DNA of 45,154 nucleotides, from IMG/VR virus record IMGVR_UViG_3300045988_160052; one strand, written 5' to 3'. The notes beneath the pieces were generated by a model that was given only the letters and a program-made list of their open reading frames with translations, was not told the origin of the DNA and did not search any database. Made by a program: the position numbers and the translations under genes. Origin of the DNA: a virus. This document shows positions 8,457-16,198 of this stretch, piece after piece (position 1 is the stretch's first letter; each line of letters opens with the position of its first letter).

Positions 8457-8485
8457 TTGACAGTTAAAAAAAATATGATAATATA
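8457..8485 (+). promoter_or_regulatory. Sigma70-type promoter with extended -10
   Basis: TTGACA (8457..8462), 16-nt spacer, TGaTAATAT. Confidence 0.5.
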
Positions 8486-8548
8486 AATGCAGTTGCAAGA
8501 CGACGAGTATTTAATTCGATCCTTAAAAATATAAGAGTTATCATCTCC

Positions 8549-8582
8549 GCACCCGATGCATTTTTGCAAAGGGTGTTTTTTT
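8549..8582 (+). terminator. Terminator/attenuator hairpin between the two early promoters
   Basis: CACCC...GGGTG stem with an inner TGCA/TGCA pairing, followed by a T7 run. Confidence 0.55.
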
Positions 8583-8585
8583 ATG

Positions 8586-8612
8586 TTGACAATTATAATT
8601 TTTTATTATAAT
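8586..8612 (+). promoter_or_regulatory. Early promoter (TTGACA-N15-TATAAT cassette)
   Basis: TTGACA 8586..8591 and TATAAT 8607..8612. Near-identical cassettes occur at 24195, 15923 and 9578. Confidence 0.6.
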
Positions 8613-8645
8613 TTTAGCTTGGTTAAACATTAAAAGGAGATGAAA

Positions 8646-9527
8646 ATGACAATACAACAAATTAACAACATGAACAACGATGATGAATACTTCGCATTGC
8701 CGGCACTATCAGCAAGCCAGATTAAACAATTTAACGAGGGCGGATGCGGTGCTTATAGATTTTGGCAATCATCACCACTGAACCCAAACAGAAAAGACAA
8801 CGCAGACAAAGATGCAAGCGATGCATTGGTATTTGGCAAGCTTGCCCATTGCATGTTGCTTGAGCCGGAAGAACTTGAGAATAGATTTGTTGTGGCTGAC
8901 TGGGGAACAAAAGGAAGAGATACAGTTGGTTATAAAAAATTTATAAAAGACTTCCCAGATGAACGCATCGTTGTATCATCTGAAGAATGGGAACGAGCCG
9001 GAAAGATGATTGCAAGCCTAAGAGGTCACAAATTGGCCGCAAGCATCATTGCCGGAGCAAAAACAGAAATGCCTATTGTTTGGAGAGATGACCAAACCGG
9101 ATTATTGATGAAATGCAAGGTAGATGCCATAAAACGCACAAAGAACGGCATCGTGGTTATTGACTACAAAACATCCGCAGATGTAGATAACTTCATCAAG
9201 TGGCCGCACAAAAACAGCTATTATTTGCAAGATGCGGTCTATCGTCAGGCGATTTTTGAAAAATACGGAGAATATCCGAGCGAGTTTGTTTTTATTATGC
9301 AATCTAAAAAGCCGGACGAAGAAGAAATAATCGCCATTTTGCGATACTCGGCCGAAGATGTAGAATATGCAAGAGAAAGATCCAGATACATTATTGACAT
9401 GATAGCAGAAAAATATCAGGAATGGCTTGAAACCAAAGACGAGAGCATCTGGCAACCATACCCAAACATCATTGAACTTCACTTGAGCCAATGGGTTACA
9501 AACAAGCAAGCGGAAGAAGAAATATAA
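8646..9527 (+). CDS. PD-(D/E)XK exonuclease (RecE C-terminal/DUF3799-like), partner of RecT
   Basis: Motifs D-x...VVIDYKTSAD...YYLQDAVYRQ. AAGGAG RBS 6 nt before ATG 8646; ATG 8640 abuts the RBS. Located directly upstream of recT. Confidence 0.75.
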   Translation: MTIQQINNMNNDDEYFALPALSASQIKQFNEGGCGAYRFWQSSPLNPNRKDNADKDASDALVFGKLAHCMLLEPEELENRFVVADWGTKGRDTVGYKKFIKDFPDERIVVSSEEWERAGKMIASLRGHKLAASIIAGAKTEMPIVWRDDQTGLLMKCKVDAIKRTKNGIVVIDYKTSADVDNFIKWPHKNSYYLQDAVYRQAIFEKYGEYPSEFVFIMQSKKPDEEEIIAILRYSAEDVEYARERSRYIIDMIAEKYQEWLETKDESIWQPYPNIIELHLSQWVTNKQAEEEI

Positions 9528-9535
9528 GCAGAATA

Positions 9536-9567
9536 AATCCCCGGAGAAAATCTGGGGATTTTTTTTG
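9536..9567 (+). terminator. Intrinsic terminator
   Basis: AATCCCC...GGGGATT stem followed by a T8 run. Confidence 0.7.
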
Positions 9568-9577
9568 TTTTTTTTGC

Positions 9578-9604
9578 TTGACAATTACAATAAAACATTA
9601 TAAT
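9578..9604 (+). promoter_or_regulatory. Promoter (TTGACA-N15-TATAAT cassette)
   Basis: TTGACAATTACAA...TATAAT. Confidence 0.6.
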
Positions 9605-9638
9605 TTTAAAAGCGTAATTTAACCATAAAAGGAGTAAT

Positions 9639-10511
9639 ATGATGACTGAAAATGTTCCAGTAGTTCAAGAACCAAAAAAGATTGATGTTGTTCAAAAATA
9701 CGTTGATGAATTATCGGCCGGATGGGTTAGAGTTTTGCCAAAGATTTGCACACCGGAAAGATTTGCCAGAGTTGCAGTAACCTGCATCAAAAAGAATAGT
9801 AAATTGATTTTGGCATTGCAAACCAAAGAGGGAAAAAAGAGCCTTGCCGAAGCATTTATGAAATGTGCAGAACTTGGTATTGAGCCAGATGGCCGCAGAG
9901 CTTATTTAATCCCCTACAAAAACGATATTCAACTGATTATTGATTATAAAGGCATTGCCGAGCTTGCCATGCGTAGCGGCATGATCAGCAACATTCATGC
10001 CGACAAAGTATGCGATAATGACGACTTTGAATACAACATCGGCGAAATTACAAAACACCGCATTGATTTCCGCAGACCGAGAGGGGAAGCATATGCATAT
10101 TATTCAATCGTAACCTTTAAGGACGGCACAAAGAAATGCGAAGTTATGAGCAAAGATGAGATTGATGCGATCCGCAAGCGTTCAAAATCTCCGAACAATG
10201 GTCCATGGGTTACAGATTACGATGAAATGGCAAAAAAAACCGTGTTTAAAAGACTTTCAAAATGGTTGCCATTAAGTCCGGAACTTCAAAAAGGCATTGA
10301 CATTGACAATGAAGAATATGAGATGCCAAAGCAACCGCAACAAGGTTATATTGAAGCAGACTACGAAGCCTTACCGCTTGATGATGAAATACCGGACTTT
10401 GATGATAAAACCGGAGAGATTATAGAAGAACCCGATCCGGAACCAGAAGCACCAAAGGCACCGGAAGCACTGGCAGAGCAACCGCAACAACCACAGAAAG
10501 CATTGTTTTAA
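9639..10511 (+). CDS. recT: RecT-family single-strand annealing recombinase
   Basis: CAELGIEPDGRRAYLIPYKN...LIIDYKGIAELAMRSG is RecT-core-like. Acidic/Pro-rich C-terminal tail. Confidence 0.85.
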   Translation: MMTENVPVVQEPKKIDVVQKYVDELSAGWVRVLPKICTPERFARVAVTCIKKNSKLILALQTKEGKKSLAEAFMKCAELGIEPDGRRAYLIPYKNDIQLIIDYKGIAELAMRSGMISNIHADKVCDNDDFEYNIGEITKHRIDFRRPRGEAYAYYSIVTFKDGTKKCEVMSKDEIDAIRKRSKSPNNGPWVTDYDEMAKKTVFKRLSKWLPLSPELQKGIDIDNEEYEMPKQPQQGYIEADYEALPLDDEIPDFDDKTGEIIEEPDPEPEAPKAPEALAEQPQQPQKALF

Positions 10512-10518
10512 TTTAACC

Positions 10519-10545
10519 GGGGAGCTTGCCGGCTCCCCAATTTTT
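10519..10545 (+). terminator. Hairpin terminator
   Basis: GGGGAGC ttgccg GCTCCCC, then AATTTTT. Confidence 0.6.
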
Positions 10546-10559
10546 AAGGATTTGAAGAA

Positions 10560-11540
10560 ATGACAGAAAATACATTAATCGTGTTGGAAGACAAAAGCGT
10601 AGCAAACATTCAATTTAATTTTGAAGAATTAAAAGCATGGGCATTGGCCAAGGTTGAAAAATACCAAAATTTAACCATTACCGAAGAACAGGTAATTGAC
10701 ATCAAAAAAGAGATGGCAGACATTAACAAATACTCCAAAGAAATTGATGCAAAGCGTAAAGAGTTTGAAAAACAATACAAGGCTCGCATTGATCCGGTTC
10801 TTGCCCAGATTTTGGAAATAAAAGGCATTTTTGATAGTGCATACAACGGACTTAAAACGCAGGTGGATAATTTTGAAACCATCGAGCGTGAAAAAAGACG
10901 TATCGCCATAAAAGAACAGATTGAAGAAATAATCCAAGTTGAGGGATTGCAACAATATGCTAAAAGATTTGAAATTCAAGAAAAATGGCTAAATAAAACC
11001 ACGTCACAAAAATCCATAAAAGCGGATTTGGATAATATTGTTGCCGAGATTAAATCTTGGATAGAAACTCAGGAAAAAGCAATGAAGATGCGAGAAGAAC
11101 GCATCCAGATGGTTAGTGAGTTTTATAAAGCAAAGGTTGAAAGCTATGGATTTGACCTTGGCAAAGAAAGCTATTTTATTGCCAAATGTGACCAATGTGA
11201 GGGAACAGCCATCACCGTTATGATTAACTCCGCATTTGAAGCCGAACTCAAATACAGAGAAGCAAGAAAACGCCAAGAAGAAGATGCAATAAAAGAAGCA
11301 CAAAAGCAAGCCGAAGCAGAGGCCAAGGCAAAAGAAAAAGCGGAAGCACCTGCAACGATACAAAATCCGGCTCCGTTGGTAAAAAAGGAAGAACCAAAGG
11401 CAGAAGTTGCTCCAGAACCCAAACAAGAAAAAATCCTTGCCGGAAGTGTGAGATTTACATTCAAGGAAAGCAATTTTGAAAAGATAAAAGGGCTCATGGG
11501 GCAAATAAAACAGCTTTGCGAAACGTGGGAAAACGAATAA
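10560..11540 (+). CDS. DUF1351-like coiled-coil protein (often accompanies phage RecT)
   Basis: The N-terminus IQFNFEELKAWALAKVEKYQNLTITEEQVIDIKKEMADINK resembles the DUF1351 pattern. Long K/E/A-rich coiled-coil. Confidence 0.55.
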   Translation: MTENTLIVLEDKSVANIQFNFEELKAWALAKVEKYQNLTITEEQVIDIKKEMADINKYSKEIDAKRKEFEKQYKARIDPVLAQILEIKGIFDSAYNGLKTQVDNFETIEREKRRIAIKEQIEEIIQVEGLQQYAKRFEIQEKWLNKTTSQKSIKADLDNIVAEIKSWIETQEKAMKMREERIQMVSEFYKAKVESYGFDLGKESYFIAKCDQCEGTAITVMINSAFEAELKYREARKRQEEDAIKEAQKQAEAEAKAKEKAEAPATIQNPAPLVKKEEPKAEVAPEPKQEKILAGSVRFTFKESNFEKIKGLMGQIKQLCETWENE

Positions 11541-11552
11541 CACAAAGGAAAT

Positions 11553-11576
11553 GCCGGAGAAATCCGGCTTTTTTTT
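11553..11576 (+). terminator. Intrinsic terminator
   Basis: GCCGGA gaaa TCCGGC followed by a T8 run. Confidence 0.85.
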
Positions 11577-11615
11577 ATAAAAGTGCATTTTTTTGAAAAA
11601 TTATGCATTTTTTTG

Positions 11616-11644
11616 TTGACTTTTACCGTTTAACGGTATATAAT
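11616..11644 (+). promoter_or_regulatory. Promoter
   Basis: TTGACT 11616..11621, then TATATAAT (15- or 17-nt spacer). Confidence 0.55.
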
Positions 11645-11675
11645 AAGAGCAGAAAACAACAAAAGGAGATGAAAG

Positions 11676-11825
11676 ATGACAGAAAACGAAGTTTTGGAAT
11701 TAGCAACATTAGAAAACCCAATAATTAACAAAACCGGAAATAAAATTGAATTTAAAGACGGAACTACATACGCCAAAGATTTTAGAACCGGATTATATAG
11801 AAAAGTTAAAAACTATATGCTTTAA
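11676..11825 (+). CDS. Small hypothetical protein (49 aa; below the ORF-track cutoff)
   Basis: AAAGGAG RBS. Translated by hand: MTENEVLELATLENPIINKTGNKIEFKDGTTYAKDFRTGLYRKVKNYML. Confidence 0.5.
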   Translation: MTENEVLELATLENPIINKTGNKIEFKDGTTYAKDFRTGLYRKVKNYML

Positions 11826-11837
11826 AAAGGAGATGAA

Positions 11838-11993
11838 ATGAAAAAAGATGCAAAATTAAAATGCGACCGAGCCTATGAGCAACGTCAAAAAGAAAAAGGC
11901 ATCAGGGTGAGGGGTTTCCGCCTCACCGATGCCGAATGGGAAAAAGTAAAGGAATTTATACGAAAGATGAGGAAACAAAATGAAAATAAGTGA
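11838..11993 (+). CDS. Small basic protein (51 aa), possibly ribbon-helix-helix-like
   Basis: AAAGGAG RBS. Translated by hand: MKKDAKLKCDRAYEQRQKEKGIRVRGFRLTDAEWEKVKEFIRKMRKQNENK. Confidence 0.45.
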   Translation: MKKDAKLKCDRAYEQRQKEKGIRVRGFRLTDAEWEKVKEFIRKMRKQNENK

Positions 11994-12141
11994 AATTCTT
12001 TTTATTTTATTTTTAATTATTTTTTATTTGGTTGTTGTTATGCCAATAAGACAATGGAATTGCGATAGACATAATATGGATGCCGATTTATTTACAAGCG
12101 GATGTATTGTGAGGGAAGAAAATGAAAATATTTTGCGTTGA
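11980..12141 (+). CDS. Possible small membrane peptide (53 aa)
   Basis: Hand-translated MKISEILFILFLIIFYLVVVMPIRQ... It overlaps both neighbours and has no clear RBS. Confidence 0.25.
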   Translation: MKISEILFILFLIIFYLVVVMPIRQWNCDRHNMDADLFTSGCIVREENENILR

Positions 12142-12517
12142 GTGCCAAGAGCAGGAAGAAACGGAACTTGTGACAGGCAAAGATATATATCCCCACCGTC
12201 CAGACCTTTCCGATAAATATTTTTATAGGTGCAAAAAATGCGGAAATTATGTTGGATGTCATCCAAACTCTACAAGGCCGCTCGGTTGCATCCCAAACAA
12301 AGAACTAAAACAAGCCAGAAATTTTATTCATGAAAAGCTAGATCCGCTTTGGCGAAAGAATATGTATGGCAAAGATAGGGGATGGTGGTATGCCCATATT
12401 GCCAAGGAATTGGGAATAAAAGAGTATCACACCGGATGGACACGTTCGGTTGAAGAATGCCGCCAAGTTTGGCGAGCAATAAACAATATTTTAAGAGTTT
12501 TATCAAACAGAAAGTAG
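12122..12517 (+). CDS. Zinc-ribbon protein (DUF3268-like)
   Basis: CVEC...CKKCGNYVGCHP Cys pairs, with a conserved-looking C-terminal helical part. Confidence 0.55.
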   Translation: MKIFCVECQEQEETELVTGKDIYPHRPDLSDKYFYRCKKCGNYVGCHPNSTRPLGCIPNKELKQARNFIHEKLDPLWRKNMYGKDRGWWYAHIAKELGIKEYHTGWTRSVEECRQVWRAINNILRVLSNRK

Positions 12518-12531
12518 AAAGGAGAACCGCC

Positions 12532-12648
12532 ATGGATAAGAAAAGCACACTTTTGGAATTATGCGAATATTTTGGAGAGCATCCGGATCATCTCGCAACC
12601 GTTATAACATTTTTGATTTTTGCATACATATTCAGGAGCAAGAAATGA
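12532..12648 (+). CDS. Small protein with C-terminal TM helix (38 aa)
   Basis: GGAGAA RBS before the internal ATG of track ORF 12457..12648. Confidence 0.4.
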   Translation: MDKKSTLLELCEYFGEHPDHLATVITFLIFAYIFRSKK

Positions 12649-13085
12649 GCTTGTTTAATATCCCAGAATTGGGTATGAAGCCAAAAAAGAAGCTTGCACA
12701 TCCGGAACAACCGGTACAAAAGAGCATCGTGCAATATTTAGAACTCAGGGGCTTTATTTTTACGGCCCCTGATGCCGGTATTCATGTCAAGAGCAAGGTA
12801 ACCCAAACAATATTAAAATCCATGGGCAGGAGAGCCGGAATTTCCGATTTAATCGTATGGATTCCCGGTGGAACTATCTGCATCGAATGCAAAAAGCCTG
12901 CAACGTATCGGTGGAGCGAGCGATACAAACGCATGGTTACAGACGAGCGAGCAGGAACGCAGAGCGATGAGCAAAAAGAATTCCAAGCCCTTATTGAAAA
13001 GCTTCCCGGACACCATTATATCGTGGCAAAAAGCGTGTCTGATGTTGTGGATTATTTTAATAAAAATAACATTCAGCCAAAATAA
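12645..13085 (+). CDS. VRR-NUC domain nuclease (PD-(D/E)XK)
   Basis: IVQYLELRGF...GISDLIVWIPGGTICIECKKP fits the VRR-NUC D...ExK core. CAGGAG RBS before ATG 12645. Confidence 0.75.
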   Translation: MSLFNIPELGMKPKKKLAHPEQPVQKSIVQYLELRGFIFTAPDAGIHVKSKVTQTILKSMGRRAGISDLIVWIPGGTICIECKKPATYRWSERYKRMVTDERAGTQSDEQKEFQALIEKLPGHHYIVAKSVSDVVDYFNKNNIQPK

Positions 13086-13155
13086 TGCTTGCAAATTAAA
13101 AAAGTTGTGAATAACATCATTTTGTATTTAGAAAGTCGATAGAGAGGTTAAAAAA

Positions 13156-13350
13156 ATGAAACAAATTATACAGAAAAATATATCAAGACATTATAAGCGA
13201 TTGGAGCAAAGATTGAAAGAGATCTCTGCTCCAATTGTCATTTTAGAAACAATTTCAAAGGAATTCCGTTTTTTGGAAAGGGATTTATTAAGTGAGTTAG
13301 AAAGTAGGGAGAACCAAGAATGTCAGCCAGAAAACAAAGAACAGCAATAA
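13156..13350 (+). CDS. Small hypothetical protein (64 aa)
   Basis: GAGAGG RBS. Helical, charged sequence. Confidence 0.45.
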   Translation: MKQIIQKNISRHYKRLEQRLKEISAPIVILETISKEFRFLERDLLSELESRENQECQPENKEQQ

Positions 13351-13994
13351 TATACAGCGATTGGAAAGATTTAATTGAGGAAATATCCGACGAGGATGCC
13401 GGAAAAATATTCAAAAATCTTTTGAGGATGCTTGATAATGAGATGATATTGGATGAACCATCAGAAAAGGGAGTTTGGCGGTTTATTTCAAAGAAATTCA
13501 GCGAGGGCATCCAGAAATGGAATGAAAAATCAAAAGAAAATTCACGCATTGCCAAGATAAGATGGGATAAAGAACGTCAGAAAAAAGATAATGCGGATGA
13601 ATGCGAACGCATGCGAACGCATACGAACGTATGCGAACATACAATTCCGCAATGCGAAACGATGCCTACTGTTACTGTTAATTTAAATAGTTTAAAAGAT
13701 AAAGAAAAAGAAATATATAAAGAAAAAGAAACAGAAAACCATTTTCTTGATTATCCCGATGATTTTGAGTTTTTAAGTAACAGTAAATTTTTAATTAATA
13801 AAAGTTTTAGTTTTAAGTTGGAAAACAGAAACATAAAACCTTATGTCGACATGTATGGCATGCCGATAATAAATTCAGTACAGAATTGGCTGATTAAGAA
13901 CAAAGACGGCAAAGAGGTAGATTGGTGCTTCATTGTTAGTCAGTTTGAAAATTTCCGAAAAAGAAGCGGAAGACCATTGAAAATTGCATTTTAA
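13320..13994 (+). CDS. Putative replication organizer/initiator-like protein with internal iterons
   Basis: N-terminus WKDLIEEISDEDAGKIFKNLLRM...RIAKIRWDKERQKK resembles phage replisome-organizer N-domains (DUF6291/DUF4373-like). The central region encodes the 10-bp repeats and an AT-rich tract. Confidence 0.5.
   Translation: MSARKQRTAIIYSDWKDLIEEISDEDAGKIFKNLLRMLDNEMILDEPSEKGVWRFISKKFSEGIQKWNEKSKENSRIAKIRWDKERQKKDNADECERMRTHTNVCEHTIPQCETMPTVTVNLNSLKDKEKEIYKEKETENHFLDYPDDFEFLSNSKFLINKSFSFKLENRNIKPYVDMYGMPIINSVQNWLIKNKDGKEVDWCFIVSQFENFRKRSGRPLKIAF
13591..13661. repeat. Iteron array: ATGCGAAC core repeated at exact 10-bp phase
   Basis: atgcggatga|atgcgaacgc|atgcgaacgc|atacgaacgt|atgcgaacat at 13591..13640, plus atgcgaaa at 13652. 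An A/T-rich stretch follows at 13669..13745. Confidence 0.8.
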
Positions 13995-14008
13995 AAAGGG
14001 GATGATAA

Positions 14009-15373
14009 ATGAAAATAAGATTATTGGAACTTTGTGCCGGATATGGGAGCCAAGCGTTGGCTTTGAAAAATTTAGGCATAGACGTTTATTCAGAGATTGC
14101 CGAGTTTGATAAATATGCAAGCCAAGCATATATGCAGCTGCATGGAGAAACAAAGAACTACGGCGATATTTACAAAATTGATGAAACAAAGCTCCCATAT
14201 TTTGACATGATAACATATTCAACGCCATGCCAAGATTTTTCCGTTGCCGGAAAAGGAAAAGGCGGAGATAAGGGTAGCGGAACACGTTCAAGCCTTTTGT
14301 GGGAGTGCGAACGAATTATAAGAGCTGTTAAGCCTAAATATTTATTAATGGAAAACGTAAAAAATCTTTTGAGTAAAAAACATTGCCATAATTTTAATGC
14401 ATGGATAAAAGTGCTTGAGAATATGGGATATACAAACTATTACAAGGTTCTTAATGCCAAAGACTACGGCATACCGCAGAACCGGGAGCGTATATTTTGC
14501 GTGTCAATCCTTGGCGGTGGCCAATATTTATTTCCAAACCCGATACCGCTTGAAAAACGTTTAAAAGACATGCTTGAGCCAACCGTTGCAGAAAAATTTT
14601 ATTTAAGCTTAAAGCAAATAGCTAAATTTATAAAAAGTTGTTTTCATCAGGAGAGAGATAGATTACAAGAAAAAGATTATTGCGACACTATTTTAAGTAG
14701 AGATTACAAAGATCCAAAATTAGTAAAAGAGCCTATTTGTGCAGCAAGCAGAGGTAGGGGAGATGTAAAAACAGAGCAGCATCTTGAGATAAACTATTCA
14801 GGTTGCACAAATACGCTTACAAGCGTTCAAAAGGATAATTATGTGGTTGAGCCTAAAGTTATTCAGGTTGGCAATATTGTAGATAGTGGAAATTGGGATA
14901 ATCCGCAAAGAGGTAGAGTTTATAGTTCCGATGGTTGTAGTCCTGCTCTTAATACTTGTCAAGGCGGTGGATTAGAACCAAAAATTATAGAAGAGAAACC
15001 CATACTTGTAGGCGGTGTGGGAGAAATTAACTTTGGCAAGCAATACAGACAAGGAAACAGAATATACGATTCAAATGGAATAGCTATGTGCTTAACATCT
15101 CAACCTGTGGGAAATGCGGGCGGTAATAGTTATTTATATAAAATTGAAGAAAATAATATAATTAATTATTGCATCCGCAAGCTAACCCCAAGGGAATGTT
15201 GGCGTTTGATGGGTGTAAAAGACGAACAGTTTGACCGCTTGCACGATTTATCAAACTCGCAACTTTATAAACTTGCCGGGAATAGCATTGTGGTTGACGT
15301 GTTGGAACACATATTCAGAAACTTGCTAATGCCGGAAACAACAGAAACCAAAGGTCAATTAAATTTATTTTAA
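14009..15373 (+). CDS. C5-cytosine DNA methyltransferase with an unusually long variable region (possibly multispecific)
   Basis: Motifs I LELCAGYGS, IV TPCQDFSVAGK, VI ENVKNL, VIII QNRERIF, IX RKLTPRECWRLMG, X GNSIVV. About 215 aa separate VIII and IX. Confidence 0.9.
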   Translation: MKIRLLELCAGYGSQALALKNLGIDVYSEIAEFDKYASQAYMQLHGETKNYGDIYKIDETKLPYFDMITYSTPCQDFSVAGKGKGGDKGSGTRSSLLWECERIIRAVKPKYLLMENVKNLLSKKHCHNFNAWIKVLENMGYTNYYKVLNAKDYGIPQNRERIFCVSILGGGQYLFPNPIPLEKRLKDMLEPTVAEKFYLSLKQIAKFIKSCFHQERDRLQEKDYCDTILSRDYKDPKLVKEPICAASRGRGDVKTEQHLEINYSGCTNTLTSVQKDNYVVEPKVIQVGNIVDSGNWDNPQRGRVYSSDGCSPALNTCQGGGLEPKIIEEKPILVGGVGEINFGKQYRQGNRIYDSNGIAMCLTSQPVGNAGGNSYLYKIEENNIINYCIRKLTPRECWRLMGVKDEQFDRLHDLSNSQLYKLAGNSIVVDVLEHIFRNLLMPETTETKGQLNLF

Positions 15374-15386
15374 AAAGGGGGAAAAC

Positions 15387-15926
15387 ATGGGCGGAAGAAG
15401 ATCAATTGATTTTAAGACATTTGACAAGGCAACGCAGGAAATAATCAAAAACGTGGCGATTGTTATGGGGGTTAATGAATATTATAACATCTTTGCCAAG
15501 TTTGACCGACAATACACATTGCCGAGATTTGTATGCTACAAAGTGTTATACGACCGAGGATACAGCTATCCGATGATTGGGGCGAAATTTTGCAAGGATC
15601 ACACATCAATTATTCATGGCGTTAAAAGAACAAAGAAGTCTCCGGAATTAATGGCATACGCCAATATTGTCAATTATAGGCTTCGGCAGCACACTGACGA
15701 AATAAACCTATTGCGAAAATTTAAGATTGAGGAGAAAAACAGCGAGATTATAAAAAAGATTAAGGATTTAATGAATTTGGGATATGATGAAGATGCTATT
15801 GTGGATAACATAAAAGACGTATCAAAGGTTCTTATCCTTGAATTAATTGAAAATATTAAGAAAAAATGCAAACAAAAACTTGTTCCGGATTACAAAAAAA
15901 GCATTGTTCGGAAAATTTATGTTTGA
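15387..15926 (+). CDS. DnaA domain-IV-like HTH protein (no AAA+ domain)
   Basis: LPRFVCYKVLYDRGYSYPMIGAKFCKDHTSIIHGVKR parallels the DnaA C-terminal R..PR...Y....S...IG..F..DHT...H pattern. Confidence 0.55.
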   Translation: MGGRRSIDFKTFDKATQEIIKNVAIVMGVNEYYNIFAKFDRQYTLPRFVCYKVLYDRGYSYPMIGAKFCKDHTSIIHGVKRTKKSPELMAYANIVNYRLRQHTDEINLLRKFKIEEKNSEIIKKIKDLMNLGYDEDAIVDNIKDVSKVLILELIENIKKKCKQKLVPDYKKSIVRKIYV

Positions 15927-15949
15927 CAATTATAAGAAGTGATTATAAT
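15923..15949 (+). promoter_or_regulatory. Promoter (TTGACA-N15-TATAAT cassette). The -35 hexamer contains the TGA stop of the upstream gene.
   Basis: TTGACAATTATAAgaagtgatTATAAT. Confidence 0.55.
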
Positions 15950-15994
15950 ATTATTATGTTTTTACAACAAAAGAAATTTTATAAGGAGATGAAC

Positions 15995-16198
15995 ATGAGA
16001 GGAAAACTCGCAAAAACATTGCATGCGGTGGCCCGTCTTAGAACAGTTGGGATGCCAGATGTTGAATATAACCTTACCAAAAGGCATTTAATCAAAGTTC
16101 CGGAATTTGAAAAACCTATAATGTGCGGAACGATTGTTCTTAGTGAAAACTGCACAAGAGCCGTTTATAAAAACCTAAAAAAGGGATCTAAAAAATGA
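15995..16198 (+). CDS. Small hypothetical protein (67 aa)
   Basis: AAGGAG RBS 6 nt upstream of ATG 15995. Confidence 0.5.
   Translation: MRGKLAKTLHAVARLRTVGMPDVEYNLTKRHLIKVPEFEKPIMCGTIVLSENCTRAVYKNLKKGSKK

Noticed and set aside
8346-8459. 37-codon + strand ORF (MVFSKMETTTLKIRGVGAFSAHTELVQSLQVEQSSNT) in the non-coding boundary region.
   Set aside because: It has no Shine-Dalgarno sequence, although nearly all real genes here have AGGAG/GGGAG. It lies upstream of the promoters.
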